From positions 1 through 64,000 of the forward strand of contig NW_005434531.1 in the NCBI RefSeq assembly GCF_000315625.1: 64,000 nucleotides of DNA. The letters run 5' to 3'. Shown here piece after piece: positions 1-17,449 of the stretch (positions within the stretch are counted from its first letter, which is position 1; every line of letters begins with the position of its first letter). Under the pieces are notes generated by a model. That model was not told the DNA's origin and searched no databases. It worked only from the letters and a program-made list of their open reading frames with translations. The stretch comes from Guillardia theta CCMP2712. Taxonomy: Eukaryota; Protista; Cryptophyta. The position numbers were made by a program, and so were the translations under genes.

Positions 1-836
1 CGACTGAACGACTGAATGTATCACTGAGTCATGACGCAATGACTAAATGACTCTATGACTCTATGACTGAACGACTCTATGACTCTATGACTGAATGACT
101 GAATGACTCTATGACTGAATGACTCTATGACTCTATGACTGATGCTCGTACGGTGACTCGGAAGGCCTGCCACGGCTAAATGAGTCAATGAGTCATATCA
201 CTGAGTCATGACGCAATGACTAAATGACTCTATGACTCTATGACTGAATGAATCTATGACTCTATGACTGAATGACTGAATGACTCTATGACTCTATGAC
301 TGAATGACTCAATATCTCAATGACTGAATGACTGAATGACTTTATGACTCAATGACTCTATGACTGAATGACTCTATGACTCTATGACTCTATGACTGAA
401 TGACTGAATGACTCTATGACTCTATGACTCTATGACTGAATGACTGACTGAACGACTGAATGACTGAATGACTGAATGACTCTATGACTCTATGACTCAA
501 TATCTCAATGACTCTATGACTGAATGACTTTATGACTCAATGACTCAATGACTGAATGAATCTATGACTCTATGACTCTATGACTGAACGACTGAATGAC
601 TCAATGACTCAATGACTCTATGACTCTATGACTGAATGACTGAATGACTCTATGACTGATGCTCGTACGGTGACTCGGAAGGCCTGTGGCCACGGCTAAA
701 ATGAGTCAATGAGTCATTGAGTCATTGAGTCAATGACTCTATGACTCTATGACTGAATGACTGAATGACTGAATGACTCAATGACTCTATGACTGATGCT
801 CGTACGGTGACTCGGAAGGCCTGTGGCCTCGGCTAA
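1..836. repeat. 8-bp-unit satellite (ATGACTCT/ATGACTGA/ATGACTCA) with three embedded copies of a ~45-bp non-satellite segment
   Basis: Dozens of ATGACTNN units. The segment gactgatgctcgtacggtgactcggaaggcctg..cggctaa occurs at ~137, ~654 and ~791. Short inverted patches (atgagtca) at ~180-210 and ~700-733. Confidence 0.95.
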
Positions 837-839
837 GTG

Positions 840-2180
840 AATGAAACTTCTTCTCGTTGAAAAATTGGTGCCTATGAAGGATACCTGAGTACCTCCTATA
901 CAAGTGCCCCTGCTGGGAACGATTTGCAAAAAGCTTGGTGTGAGTGAACAAAACATCTGTTTTCCTATTGTTGTTACTTTTACTTGATTCTCACAGACTT
1001 CTAGACAACATATGCAGTTCTGGCTGCTTCCGCACCGAAAACGTGTAGAATTCTCTACCAACATACCTTCTGCCAATCTTCGTCAAAGATACAGATATTT
1101 CTACATATGTATCCTTGAAGCGGTGAAGTGCAGCCGAGACTTGAGACACGAGTCTTATGCATGAGAGCTCTCGGTCCAATCTTGATTTTTGTTGTTTACA
1201 AGTAACTTATTGCCCACGAACTCCTTCCACTTTTTTGTGACCTGCAAGTCTCATCATGACTTCAAGAAACAAGTCAACTCATAGGTATAAGACCTTGTCT
1301 GAAGTCTCCGCAATGCACCATTTCCAATACCGAAAATCAATTCCCTTGTGAAGCATGAAATACTCTACCCTTGCAGTGAGCTGTGCTTGAGATACTGTGA
1401 GCATCACTGGTTTGCCAGCATATTTCTGCTGAATATAGGCTTCTTCATCGCATTCTCCGCTTCCGTCATATTTGAAGCAAACGAGATAACAGATGCTGCG
1501 CTTTCGCTCTCCAGAAAAATAGAATCACCTGCAAATGCATGTGATCCCCATCACTATTCTGGGGCCAAGGCACTGAATTTTCAAACATCATTTCCAGATT
1601 GTTACCGACTGAAGAACGTCCTTCTTGATACCTTCAATAACTCCAAAATACGGATATTCTCCCAGCTCTTCCTTGTTCACATCTGAACTTTCTACACCAG
1701 ATGTCGACTCAACTTGTTCATCTTTCTCTCTGGGAAGGCTGCCATCAATCAATCATCATATCAACACATGTGAGTTTATTAGAAAGATCCTTTACTCAAA
1801 GATAGAATGTTCTTCGGCCGCAGTGGTCTCTTTCTACTTTCTGCTTCCGAACTCTTCTTTGGGCTTGCTCAGCCTCATTCAGAAGAGTTGCCTTTCCTCA
1901 CCTTGGCCTTCGGTTCCTTCCTCGCCTTCGTCGAGACTTGTTGCGGAGAACAGCTACTGAAGGAGAGGAAGAATGATGGCCAGACATGTGCGCTTGCTGC
2001 AAGCAACAGAGACACCTGGAGGTGTTGAAGCATCTTGACGATAGATGTGGGAGGGAGCTGTTCAGAGTGACGAGCAATGATGGCTAAACATGCGCACATG
2101 CGGCGAGCTTGGGAGGTCATGTCAAGGTCGAGGAGCCTGTCATGTGCATACGCCCATCTTTCATCAGTCCTCCATTCCAT
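840..2180 (-). CDS. Multi-exon hypothetical protein with an IPT/TIG-like domain; the 3' end runs into the satellite or off the window
   Basis: Exon translation IVPSRGTCIGGTQVSFIGTNF matches the IPT/TIG signature P.xG...GGT.V.i.G.NF. Further spliced exons lie upstream (MEWRTDERWAYAHDRLLDLD..., LPREKDEQVES...). Confidence 0.55.
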
Positions 2181-2402
2181 GTATCCCCTGCGACCATGAC
2201 GTGAAACTGGTTTTCGACTATGACAAATGGGTCATGACTATATACTTCTTATCGTAAATCCGTTTATTTTGTTGTTCAATTGTGGTTGAAGATACTTTGA
2301 CCATACTGTGCAGCAGGAAAATGTGACTGAGAAGGTATAGACAAATAAAGCATTGGTTGAATTCATTTACTTCTTCATGGAACGTTGTCGTTGTAGATGT
2401 AT

Positions 2403-2969
2403 CTAGTAAAATAGGTTAGATATTGCGTTGCTTTGCACGTGCAACGGATAATCCATATCTCCATCTTCTGCTGAAGGATCATGGTTGAGAGTCAAATTGA
2501 CTTGCTTCTCTGAACCATGATGACAGTGACATTGATGAGACGATCTGGCAACAGCAGATTCATCCTTCACTGGATGGGAGCGGTTGACAGCAACATCATT
2601 TCCGCTCTCGGCTTCATCTGGTTGCTTCCCGTTCATGGGTTTGAACCACTGGCTCTTCCTGTACGGCCATCGCTCAATCCCTAAATCTCTACACGCTTTT
2701 TTCAGGGCAGTTTGAGAAATGTTCTGCAGAGAGCGTCACGAGACATGTTGTCGCAAGAAGAGTTCACTCACAAGCTGCTGAGCCACCGAAGAAAGGGGGT
2801 AATGAAACATCTCGGAGATAGATTCGAAAGTCAGCACAACAAGATTCGATTTTCTCGATTCTTGCCCCAATTTCTTACGTGGATAGATTATTGTATGAGC
2901 AGTTCCGCGACGCGCAAGACCTTTGAGTGACACAATTGAGTCCGATGAAACCATGTTAGGAAGATTCAT
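2403..2969 (-). CDS. RWP-RK domain transcription factor (2 exons; intron 2724-2771)
   Basis: Spliced translation IYPRKKLG...LTFESISEMFHYPLSSVAQQL|NISQTALKKACRDLGIERWPYRK is a canonical RWP-RK motif. The 48-bp GT-AG intron restores the frame. Confidence 0.9.
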
Positions 2970-3191
2970 ATTCGAACTTCGAAGCTTTTTCTGAAATTTT
3001 CTTACAAGATGTTTACCAAACTTGTTCAGTTCAGCCTGGCAAGAAAGGTAGTCAAACACCATACAAATATCATGACTAATTATCATGGTCATTTCCAACG
3101 GTCACCGAAGGGAGGGAAGGGAGGGGAGGGAGGGAAGGGAGGGAGGGAGGGAGCCCCCAACTATGCATGAAGGAGCATCCGGACGTGGGTA

Positions 3192-3291
3192 NNNNNNNNN
3201 NNNNNNNNNNNNNNNNNNNNNNNNNNNNNNNNNNNNNNNNNNNNNNNNNNNNNNNNNNNNNNNNNNNNNNNNNNNNNNNNNNNNNNNNNNN
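3192..3291. other. Assembly gap (100 N)
   Basis: Run of N flanked by purine-rich low-complexity DNA. Confidence 1.
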
Positions 3292-3589
3292 TGGGGGGAG
3301 AGAGAATGTGCTAAAGGAGTGGTGAGAAGGCGAAGTAGAAGACCAGCATATGCTTTCGAAGCATTGAGGGAGGCGCGAGCAGATGTGCACCGGTTAAAAC
3401 TGGGTCATATCGGGGGGTAATATTAAACAAGCCAAGTAGGTATCTTTGTAAATTGACTCCAAGTACCCGGTCTTTTCAGCCGTTTGGCTGGTAAGAATAC
3501 CCCACATTCGACCCCCTAGATACGTCCCATTATGTTAGGTATGAAATCGCATCATTTCAGTGTTGAATATTACCAGTTTTTATTTCCGA

Positions 3590-4850
3590 AGTTCGATGCA
3601 GTCGGAACATTTTCAGTGCTCAGGGCGGCTACCGTACCGGGTACGGTCGACTCGGATCGGATACTTGGAACCACTCAACCGCCCGGGCCCCCGAGGCCCC
3701 CGGCCGGAAGTCAAGTGGTCACGCACCCGCCCGGGCCCGGCCCGGCGCCGCAGCCGGCGGCTCACTGACTCTCACGGTGAGTCAGTAGTGCGATCGGCGC
3801 GCGGCGGCGTATCATGCCGCAGTGCCGCGCAGTGCCCTGAGTCCGGTACGGTCAGTCACACTACTAAGCTACAGTACTGTCCGATCAGGGTCGCACCGTG
3901 CCACCGCCGCCCGTTTACTCAACTTACAAAGTCACGTTAACTGAGTTAAAAATCCGAGTACGGTACGAGGACAATCAGACCCGACTGATGAGTACGCCGG
4001 TAGTAAAGGACAAGTTAAGTTATTGTTACTAACAGTAAAAATCAGTACTACAGAGTCGGACTCGTCACGGATCGGACCGACCGTACTATGGCAATCAGGC
4101 CGCGCGGCCTGAGTCCGGCGGAGGCCGCCACAGTCACTGAGTGTGACGGACTGCACGCACCGTCGGCACTGCACTGCGGCACTGGCACGCCGGTTGAAAG
4201 TTGGCTCTACTACTGCGGCCGACAAACGGTTCAAGTTGTCGGCCGGGCTAGTCACTCACGGTCGCTCGGGGCGGCCCGCTCGGACTCGAGGCTCGGACTG
4301 TGTCAGTGATCGGACGGTGACTCGCCGGAGTCGATGACTCTGCAGTGGGCCGTGCCGAGAAGACTGACTCAGAGGCTCGTTGAAGCCTCCGCGGCCCCGC
4401 CGGACGTTCGCTTATAGCTTTAGTTAATTCTCGATCCTGTCCTTCTGGTACCGTAGTACTAATCATGGGCCAGCGGCCGGACTCCCGGAGTCCGGGGACC
4501 GGCGGCCGGGCCTTGGCGGACCGTGGACCCGGCGACTCAGCGCCCCGCCGGCTCGGCGGTGATATCACGGGCCGGGGCCAGTCGGGACGGTTCCGTTGAA
4601 CAGTGGCCCGGAATGATCCGATGCCATGATGGCAAACTTACTCCCGGCCATGACTCTCGTCGGAGGCTCCCGGAGTCCTGGGCACTCAGGGCCGGGCCGG
4701 GTCCGACGCTCCAAGGCTCGGAGTGCACCGGGCCGTGCCCGGTGGCACCGTCCGATCTGCACGGTCGCCGGCCCGGGGCGCCCGGTCGCCGGTGTGAGAG
4801 TCACCCGGCGGGCGGGCGGCGGCACCGCCGGGCCGCGAAGCTGTAACTAA
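3590..4850. repeat. GC-rich non-coding mosaic of short recurring words; possible decayed repetitive element
   Basis: Recurring CCGGCCG/CCGGGCC, TGACTC, AGTCACT and AGTACT words, with no credible protein. Contains degenerate copies (3914-3952, 4011-4047) of the motif seen at 33289 and 62748. Confidence 0.5.
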
Positions 4851-5256
4851 AATATCCTGAACTAAACCTTCAACTAAACATAAGGATGAGGGTCTCGCGT
4901 GCAGGCGGGAATGAGAGACGAGGAGAAGAGGGAGCGAGAGAGCGGGAGAGAGATGTGAGATAGCGCTTACAGTGAGGAAGCACAGAATTCAGAAGAAGTT
5001 TGGGGTGTAGGAATAGAAAGAGAGGAGAAAGAGAGATGTAGGGCAGCGCTTACAATCAACAAGAAAAGAAAGCGAGAGGCTTGAGAAGAGAGGGGCACAG
5101 CAGATCGAATCAGAGAGGTGAGGGAGAGGCTGGGAATGAAAGGGGAGGGTGGAACGGGACGTGATTGGGAATTTGGGTATGTGAGTTTTAGAAAATGAAA
5201 CCATCGTGCCTGCAGAAAATTTCTGACAGAAACTTATCGCAGCGGAGCCTTCAACG

Positions 5257-8200
5257 ATGCTTCTCTATGGAGCTCGTTCACGTAGACTAGGCGCTCAGAG
5301 TTCTGCTCCCTCCACAGGCTCGCTTTCCACTTCAAGACGCTCAGTCGCTCGTTTGGACTCGTCAAGGAGGATCGGAGAGCCTGCCAATCGATTGTTGAAT
5401 CGGTCCACGATGAAACCTTGCCCTCCCGAGTTCGAAAGGAGGATACAGAGCAGTACATCCGCTGCAAGAAGTGGTTGCTGTGGCAGCTTTGTGTGGCTTG
5501 CGGACAATGATGCAGCCTCTAACAGCGTGCTTTTGACTTGGTGGAAGTTCTCGGGCGAGAGGGGCGGAGCTTCTGCTTCAGACACGATTTGCCTTCGTGG
5601 AAGGAGCATGGACAACCTGCGAGTTCTCGTGATCTACGAGGGTTCTGAGTTTGGATCTGAAGCACCTCAATACTCCATGGCTGTGGCTTATCAGGATGGA
5701 CTCGCAATCTACAGGCTGAACTCGTCATCAAATGTGGATTTTCGGGTGTGGGAGGATCTTGGACTTGTTGCTGGAGAAGGGACTGCGCTTTGCTCCTTAC
5801 AAGACTATATCATCGGTTGTAACACACCTGGTGAGTTGTTCGTGTTCAAGGACGAAGGAATGCAACAGTCTCTTGAAGCTGGGCTTGAAGTGTTCCAGCA
5901 GGGTGCGCTCTATCAGCGGTTGTTGGCACCTGTTGGGAAGTGGTGGCAAGGAGACACTGGTGTGTCGTACGTGAAGTCTATCATTGCCCACAAGATCAGC
6001 ACGATAACCGGCGAGGCAAAGTCTTCTTCGGGCTCTAACTTCCTTGTCTTCGTGTTGACTGAGCATGAGGTGTACAAGTGGGTGTTGTCAGTGAGCGAGA
6101 GCGAAGATCGATCATGCGTCGTCTCTCAAAAGCCCATCTGCAAGTCAAAGTCGGCGATGAGCGGTGTGGCGAAGTTTGTGGACTTTGTAATGGAATATTC
6201 TTATGGGAGCAGCAACCGATGGCAGGAGAGCTGTCTGCAGGTTCTTGCCTCGCAGGACGATGATAGGAAAGCTGTTTTCTTCCTGCAGCTGTCAGACTTA
6301 AATCAACTTCGGCCTTGTCAGGTCTTGCCCTCAAACCCAAGAGTGGGAGGAGATTTCAAGATCCTTCCGCCCACAATCTCTTTCGACCCGCCTGTCATGA
6401 ATTTGCATTTTGCCAGCAGCAAGCGACTACTGAGCGTGAGATGCGGTAGCTTCCACAACGAGAATCAGTACGAAGATGAGACGGACTGGTGTCTAGGCCC
6501 CGACGATGCAGTGATGGCATGGGGCACATCCATGTTGGAGAGGAATCGCCACTCAGATCTCATCCTCCTGCTCCCGACAGCTATTTGCTCCTTCCAATCA
6601 TCTCAAGGTGATCTCGGCCTGCAAGGATCAGCTGGAATCGTTCTCAAGATGCTTCGTTCGGGCGCTGCAGACCATCAAATTCTACAGGAAACTGTACAAC
6701 TGGTTCACAGTTCAAATGAGGAGGAGATAAAGAGCAGGAGCAGGTTATCCGACTCTCGGGCGATCTTCCTTGACCTTGTGCGGGAGGAAACGTTGGATCC
6801 CAACCTGGATCCTGACTCGGTGCTGGGAGAGAAGTGGATGTACGTGCAGCACATCGAAAACAAGATCCGCGTGTTCAAAGAGTATCGCACAAAAATCAAG
6901 GAAATTTTTCAAAACGGAGAATTAGCCGGAATTGTGGATGGGCTCGAGCGTTACCACGACAGAATGAAGGCCTGCTCTTTGTTGATCTCCCTCCCCAGTC
7001 TGCTTCCCGGATCGTCCTTCCTCTCCGAAGCCATCGAGGCGACAGTTGATGTCTGGGAAGGAGAGAACTCGCTTCGGCCTTGGGCTGTCTCATGGCGCAA
7101 GTTCTGGGAGAAGAGTTCCAAGGTAGAGCACATCCTCAAGGGGCTGACAAGCAAGATGGCGCAACGCCTTTCCTCTTTCTCACAGTCTCCTCAGCCCGAG
7201 CAGTGGCGTGAGATCATTGCCATGGTGCTGGAGGCTGCTACCGTCTGCCAGCAGCTCTTCAGTTCCCTCCTGCGTGAGGGCTCGTCTGTCATGATCGATG
7301 CCGATCTGAGCGAGGAACTGGACCAGCTGCTGGTTCCGCACATGCTCAATGTCGACTCACTGACAGTAAAAACAAGTAGAAGGTTGCCCTGCAGACTGAT
7401 CGATGTTTGCAGGATCTTTCTCAGCTCATCAATATGGTGACTGAGATCTGTGTCATTGCTCGGCGACAAGGCCAAGTGCACCATGACAAGTATTCAGCTG
7501 AGAATTCTCTAGCTGACCTGCAAGTGCTTCACGTTCGTCTCATGCAGTATGATTCTTGTCCTCCCCTACTTCCTCTCTCCGCTCACCTTCTTCGTCAGGT
7601 TGGTCATGGAGTGGCCGTCCATGAAAGCTCTCATCTTCAATGAGGCGAATTTGAGCGCCCCCATGAGGTTGGGGGTGAGGGTGAGGACAGGAGAGGTTCT
7701 GAGGGGGGCATGCAGATACGTCGACCTCTGGCACTTCAGCAACTTGGACAGACTCGAGCTACGCGTGAAATTGGCTGAAGAGTTTGAAGCAATCGACGTG
7801 CTGGTGACCATCTCCCTCCAGGAGCTGACGGGTGAGATTCTTGAACTACCTTGCTCCTACTCTCATGCTCTCGTTGCATCTCTCAACCCCCTTGCTACGC
7901 ATAGACTGCTTCCTGCCTTCAGTTCAATCCTTCGCCTTGCTCGCTCGACTCTTGCTTTCGTCATGATCTCTGTTGAATTTTTCTCAGGTGAGTCGGAAGC
8001 TATCGTGAGGAGCAAACAGGAGCACTACAACGACATCTGGGCTGAAAGGTGAACCCCTTGCTCAGCTTATGTGACATCAAGATCTCAAGCTTGTCAGGTT
8101 CAAGAGCAAGGATTACGCAAAGAAATTGTTGCAGAGGATGAGAGAAATGGATGTGCGGCACCTATGGAGCCCTCCCTTCCGCTCCTACGACTTCACTTCC

Positions 8201-9365
8201 GACCTCTCCGACTACCTGGTCCTCACCCTCACACTGCAAGATCTCCCCCGTTCTCTTCCTTGCTCTTGGATAGTTTGCTTCTATCTTGCCCACCCAACCA
8301 CTCCTGCTGCATACTAAATCATAGTTATCTGCATCTTCCTTTCACAATCGACTTTGCTGAAGACTGCTCGCAGGGAGCAAGCGACAATCTGTCTTGGGTC
8401 AACGCGTGAGTGACGATGCGGAATTTTGAATAGCCGGTGGTGAGGCTGACAAGGAGGGGCAGGTTGAGGAGCAAGGAGCACTATGCTCAGCTGGGGAAGG
8501 GATACTCGGACGAGCACAGTCTTGCCTACGCCAGTCAGCAGCTTCTCTCCATGAGCCGCTTTGCTCAAGATGCAGTGAGGGAGGCGGAGGGAGAGGAGGA
8601 CGGAGAGGACGAGGGAGGAGGACAGGAGGAGGCGTCAGAGTTACGTGTTATCTCAGCTAACTTTCATGTAGCATCAATCCTACAGCATGCTGTCGCTCGC
8701 CAAACTCTCTGCAGAAGCCGCTCGCAGGCATGCCGGCACCCTGGGCTTGATGCCGGAGGAAGCCAAGATTCTCTCAGGCATGGGAGCGCGACTTGCTTCT
8801 TTCTCTTGCTCCCTCCCTTGTCTCCCTTGTTCTGTTTCACCGAACCCTTCCCTCCCTCCTCCTGACCTTGACGCAGCCCTCCACAACGCTCAAGTTCAGT
8901 TTAGACCCGAGGGAGTGCGCGTGGAGGAGCCGTCGTCGCTCTGGGAGTTGGAGAAGGTTCACTGCTCGTCTACCCTTGCGTCTGCTCACTGCCGCTGCCA
9001 GACCACCAGAGAGTGCATCGAGTGTGCCATGGAGGAGCGCAGCAAGGAGAGAAAGCACTTGCTGCTGCAGGACGCGATGCTCCTGCTCGGTCACTGGCCT
9101 GCGGCTCCCGGCAGCTCAGATGTCAGGTGAGGAGACTCAACGACTCTAGATACCGAGGATGACGCACATGAGCAGCGAGACGTGGAGGAGTCACTACAGG
9201 AAGCTGATGCAGGCGGCGGAGGAGTTGAGCGATGCTGGTCAGAGTTACCCGAAGCTTCTCGTGGAGATGGCGCTAGGGACTAGTCGCGCATCCTCCTCCT
9301 CCATCCGCTGGCCTCAGGATTCTCTGCAATATCGCCTGTTGCTAAGCGACTCTCGCGGCGGTTAA
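5257..9365 (+). CDS. NUP133: Nucleoporin Nup133-like protein (multi-exon)
   Basis: N-terminal beta-propeller-like region followed by a helical region. Motifs QHIENKIRVF, KLAEEFEAIDVLVTISLQE, DNLSWVNAV and SQQLLSMSRFA parallel the Nup133 motifs LAEKYCDFDILV, LSWLHEI and LLGLSKLA. Confidence 0.7.
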
Positions 9366-9555
9366 TTCACTTGCGTTGTAAAATAAATCCCCCCCCCCCC
9401 CCCCCTCCTCCCCTCACCTTCTCTTCCACTTCCCACCGCCTGTCCCTCCCTCGTCCCTTCTCCACCTTTTCCCCTCTGCCCATTCCCCGTGCTTGCTCCA
9501 TTCTCCTTTCCTGAATTTTATCTCGTCGTTCATCGTCTTCTATTTACATCCTAAC

Positions 9556-11535
9556 TTAGTCGATCTCGACCTTCACGTCTGCCGTCCCGCCGCTTCTCTC
9601 TTCCTCCCTTCCCTCTTTCCCTTGCTTGGGGAGAGGCGTCATCTCTGCTGATAGTTGCCCACACGCAGATCCTGCCAGAGGTTCTTCAGTACCTCCTCCT
9701 CTCCCCTCCTTCACCTCCCACATTCTCCTTCCCCCTCTTCTTCTCCCTCCCTCGTCTCCTTCCTCTTCGTGGCATTCACCGTCTGCGTCCCCCCGCGCCC
9801 TTCGGATGATGGCGACGCAGCCCTCCTGCACAAGGAGGTTGCGGAACTTCAAGGTTGTCTCTGGATGGGAAGGACGAAGTTCGGGGTCCCCTGCAGCTCC
9901 ACGTGAGCGAGGGGAAGGAGAGGAAGACCGAGAGTAAGAGCGAAAAGACGCGGAGAGACAAGTTGCAAACCCAACATCGAGATGAGATGCAAGGAAAGGC
10001 AAACGCTTGCAAAGGGACGTGAGAGGGATGGTAGCGAAGCACAAGGAGGAGGAGGAACAAGGACCTATGCTGTTGCAAGGGAGGAGGTTGATCTTAATCT
10101 TGATTCCGAGCTCTCGCCAGGGCTTGAAAAACTCGACGAGGTCCCTTGCATGTTTCTCGCTATCGTTAATCCCATCCACCAGCGTTATCTGCTCGCACAA
10201 GCTTTCAGACATTCCTGCTTTTCCTACTTCCCGCTCTCTTGTTCCTCCCTTTCCTGCCTCCTGCCTCCCTCTCTTGCCTCGTTTTCCTCCCTCTCCTGCT
10301 TTCATCCTTGATTCATCTTCCCCTCTTTCATCCTCTTACACCTATTCCTCAACGTTTCCTAGGTCCTCCAACGTCGATCCCTTCAAAGAGATTCTTCTCG
10401 TGTGCTCACCTCGATGAGAGGCATCAGCTTCTTGTCTCTCGCTAAGATCACCTCCATGAATGCATCTCGCAAAGCAACAGCAGTGTGCGTGTGGGTCGGC
10501 ACTAGTCGCTTCCTGACTTCGTCGTCAGCTGCGTGCAGGGACCAGGCGATTCTCGTGGGGCACTGGGCGAGCTTCCTGATGGCATCGGGGTTGGGCCCAA
10601 CAGTGGAGATGGTGACAGCGTTGGGGTGGATGCGGAAGGCGTCCTGCAAGGTGAGCATCTCGATCGCTCGCTGCACCTCCTTGAAGTTGTTCAGAGGCTC
10701 CCCCATCCCCATGAAGACTATCGACACTTTCGCAGGAAGATTCTCCTCCCGAATCACCCGCAGCCCATGGAACACCTGCGGCCGCCTCAGCATCTCCTTC
10801 CTCCTCTCCTGCTCCCTCGCTAGCGAGCAGCAGAACCTGCATGAGAATCTCGTCGGCCTCGAGCTGGCCTCGGAGTCCGAGTCTGCCAGTGGCGCAGAAG
10901 ACGCATCCTCGAGCACAGCCAACTTGACTGGACACGCAGATGGTCGTCCTGCTCTTACCCGATTCGAGGTGCTCTGGGGAGGGGATGAGAACAGTCTCTA
11001 CGGACTGACCGTCTTCTAGAGCAATTAGAAGCTTTCTTGTCCCACTGCAAACACTTGATAGTTATCTGGCGATGAGCAAAAGAAGCGCTACATACCATGA
11101 TGACAACGTGACTTTCTTGACATCTATCGATGGAATATAACATTTCTTGCTGCGTCATTGTAAACTGATATATCAAAATTTCCAGGGATACCACAGAGCT
11201 TCTACAATGATTGGGTTCACTTGAATATCATGAATCTCTTCGATTCCCTGTCTGAGTTTCTACATATCAACTCAGACACAGCCAAGATGGCGTCATAAAC
11301 TTCAAGGTGAACAATCGCGTGTTGGTGTCACCTTCCAAACTGTCTCGGCACGTCCCGGCCCCTGCATCAGCTTCGAAAGGTCGTCGGGCTTGGTGAGCAG
11401 GAGATTCCATTTGGTCTTGTCCCTCAAAATCTCTGACGCAATTCGTCTCTTCTTCTGCGCAAGCCCAGCTGAAAAATGGGCTGCAGGAATGCGAAACATC
11501 GACCGCAAGCTAGGAATTGCATACATCTTCTTCAT
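9556..11535 (-). CDS. rlmN: RlmN/Cfr-family radical-SAM RNA methyltransferase (multi-exon, probably organelle-targeted)
   Basis: SSQVGCARGCVFCATG (CxxxCxxC), VFMGMGEPLNN, ITLVDGINDS, KINLLPCN and the C-terminal RG.D...SACGQL catalytic Cys motif. Confidence 0.92.
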
Positions 11536-11759
11536 CCTGAGCTTGAGTCATAACAACACACAGACATGGCACAACATTTGCAGCTATGGCTCTTTTTCTC
11601 CCATCACGATATCGATGCCCTTCCTGTCTGTCTCATCTCCAAGTGTTGAACTTCACTCAACCTACGCAATTGCCAAAGAATTTCCCTACCTCCTGACCCT
11701 CTCACCACCTTCTAACCTCTTCTTGTTTCCGTCGCTGTCTATCGTATCATCGATCCCTC

Positions 11760-12212
11760 GCTCCCTTGCTCCCTTGCTCCCTTGCTCCCTTGCTCCCTTG
11801 CTCCCTTGCTCCCTTGCACCCTTGCTCCCTGGCTCCCTGGCTCCCTTGCTCCCTTGCTCCCTGGCTCCCTTGCTCCCTGGCTCCCTTGCTCCCTGGCTCC
11901 CTGGCTCCCTTGCTCCCTTGCTCCCTGGCTCCCTGGCTCCCTTGCTCCCTGGCTCCCTTGCTCCCTGGCTCCCTTGCTCCCTTGCTCCCTTGCTCCCTTG
12001 CTCCCTTGCTCCCTTGCTCCCTGGCTCCCTGGCTCCCTGGCTCCCTTGCTCCCTTGCTCCCTTGCTCCCTGGCTCCCTTGCTCCCTGGCTCCCTTGCTCC
12101 CTGGCTCCCTGGCTCCCTGGCTCCCTGGCTCCCTGGCTCCCTGGCTCCCTGGCTCCCTGGCTCCCTGGCTCCCTGGCTCCCTGGCTCCCTTGCTCCCTTG
12201 CTCCCTTGCTCC
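11760..12212. repeat. 8-bp tandem array (CTCCCTTG/CTCCCTGG), ~56 units
   Basis: Directly visible. Produces the spurious LAPLLPCS and GAREQGSK ORFs. Confidence 0.98.
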
Positions 12213-12888
12213 CTCGTCCCCTCGCTCGCTCGCTCCCTCCCTCCCTCCATCTTGTTGCTCATCGTACTACCCTCTCACCACCCACCATCTGGCCTCCCAG
12301 AACCACCCATGCTGCCTAGCCCCCCGTGCTTTCTTGCTGGCTTTCTTGAATGCACAGGGGGTACGATGGGGGATGAGGGGACAAAGGTGGAGGCCGCTGA
12401 GATTCGGGGACGAATGGAGGCGGAAGGACTGAAGGAGTGAAGAGAAGGAGGAGCAGCAAGATAGAAGAAGAGGGAGAGAGAAGGATCGAAGAAGAGGACG
12501 AGCAAAGTGAGAAGGAGAGAAGACGAGAAGAATAGAGGAGAGATATGCAAGCAGAGGGAAAGAGGAGCAGGGAAGAAAAGGAAAGATACATCTGAGACAG
12601 GAAAAGGGAAGGGCAAAGAAGGAAAGAGGAGGAGAGGAGAGTGGGAATAAGAAGAAAAGAAGAGAAGCGCAGGAGGGAGATGAACCAAGTGGAGTCGCCG
12701 AGAAGGCTTTCAGGAGGAGGAAGCAATGATAGATAAATATAACGGGCAAGTTAGTGAACATGAGAAGAAAAGTGTAGGAAAAGCCTCGATGGCAACAAGC
12801 AAGAAAGTAATAAGAGTCTAATACTGTGAGAGTACATGTATCATGTCCTTTATTCAATTTTGTATGCAGGATTGTTGTAATTCGAGCA

Positions 12889-17412
<4,524 letters not shown>

Positions 17413-17449
17413 AACCGGGCAGCCCCTCCACGGTTTTTGAATTGGCGTG

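Noticed and set aside
1-836. CRISPR-like repeat/spacer appearance
   Set aside because: The intervening DNA is satellite rather than unique spacers, the context is eukaryotic, and there are no cas genes.
3532-4850. Arg/Pro/Gly-rich ORFs
   Set aside because: Expected from high GC content, with no domain motifs or consistent splice structure.
11390-12440. Long overlapping ORFs (LAPLLPCS / GAREQGSK repeats)
   Set aside because: Stop-free by-product of the 8-bp tandem array.
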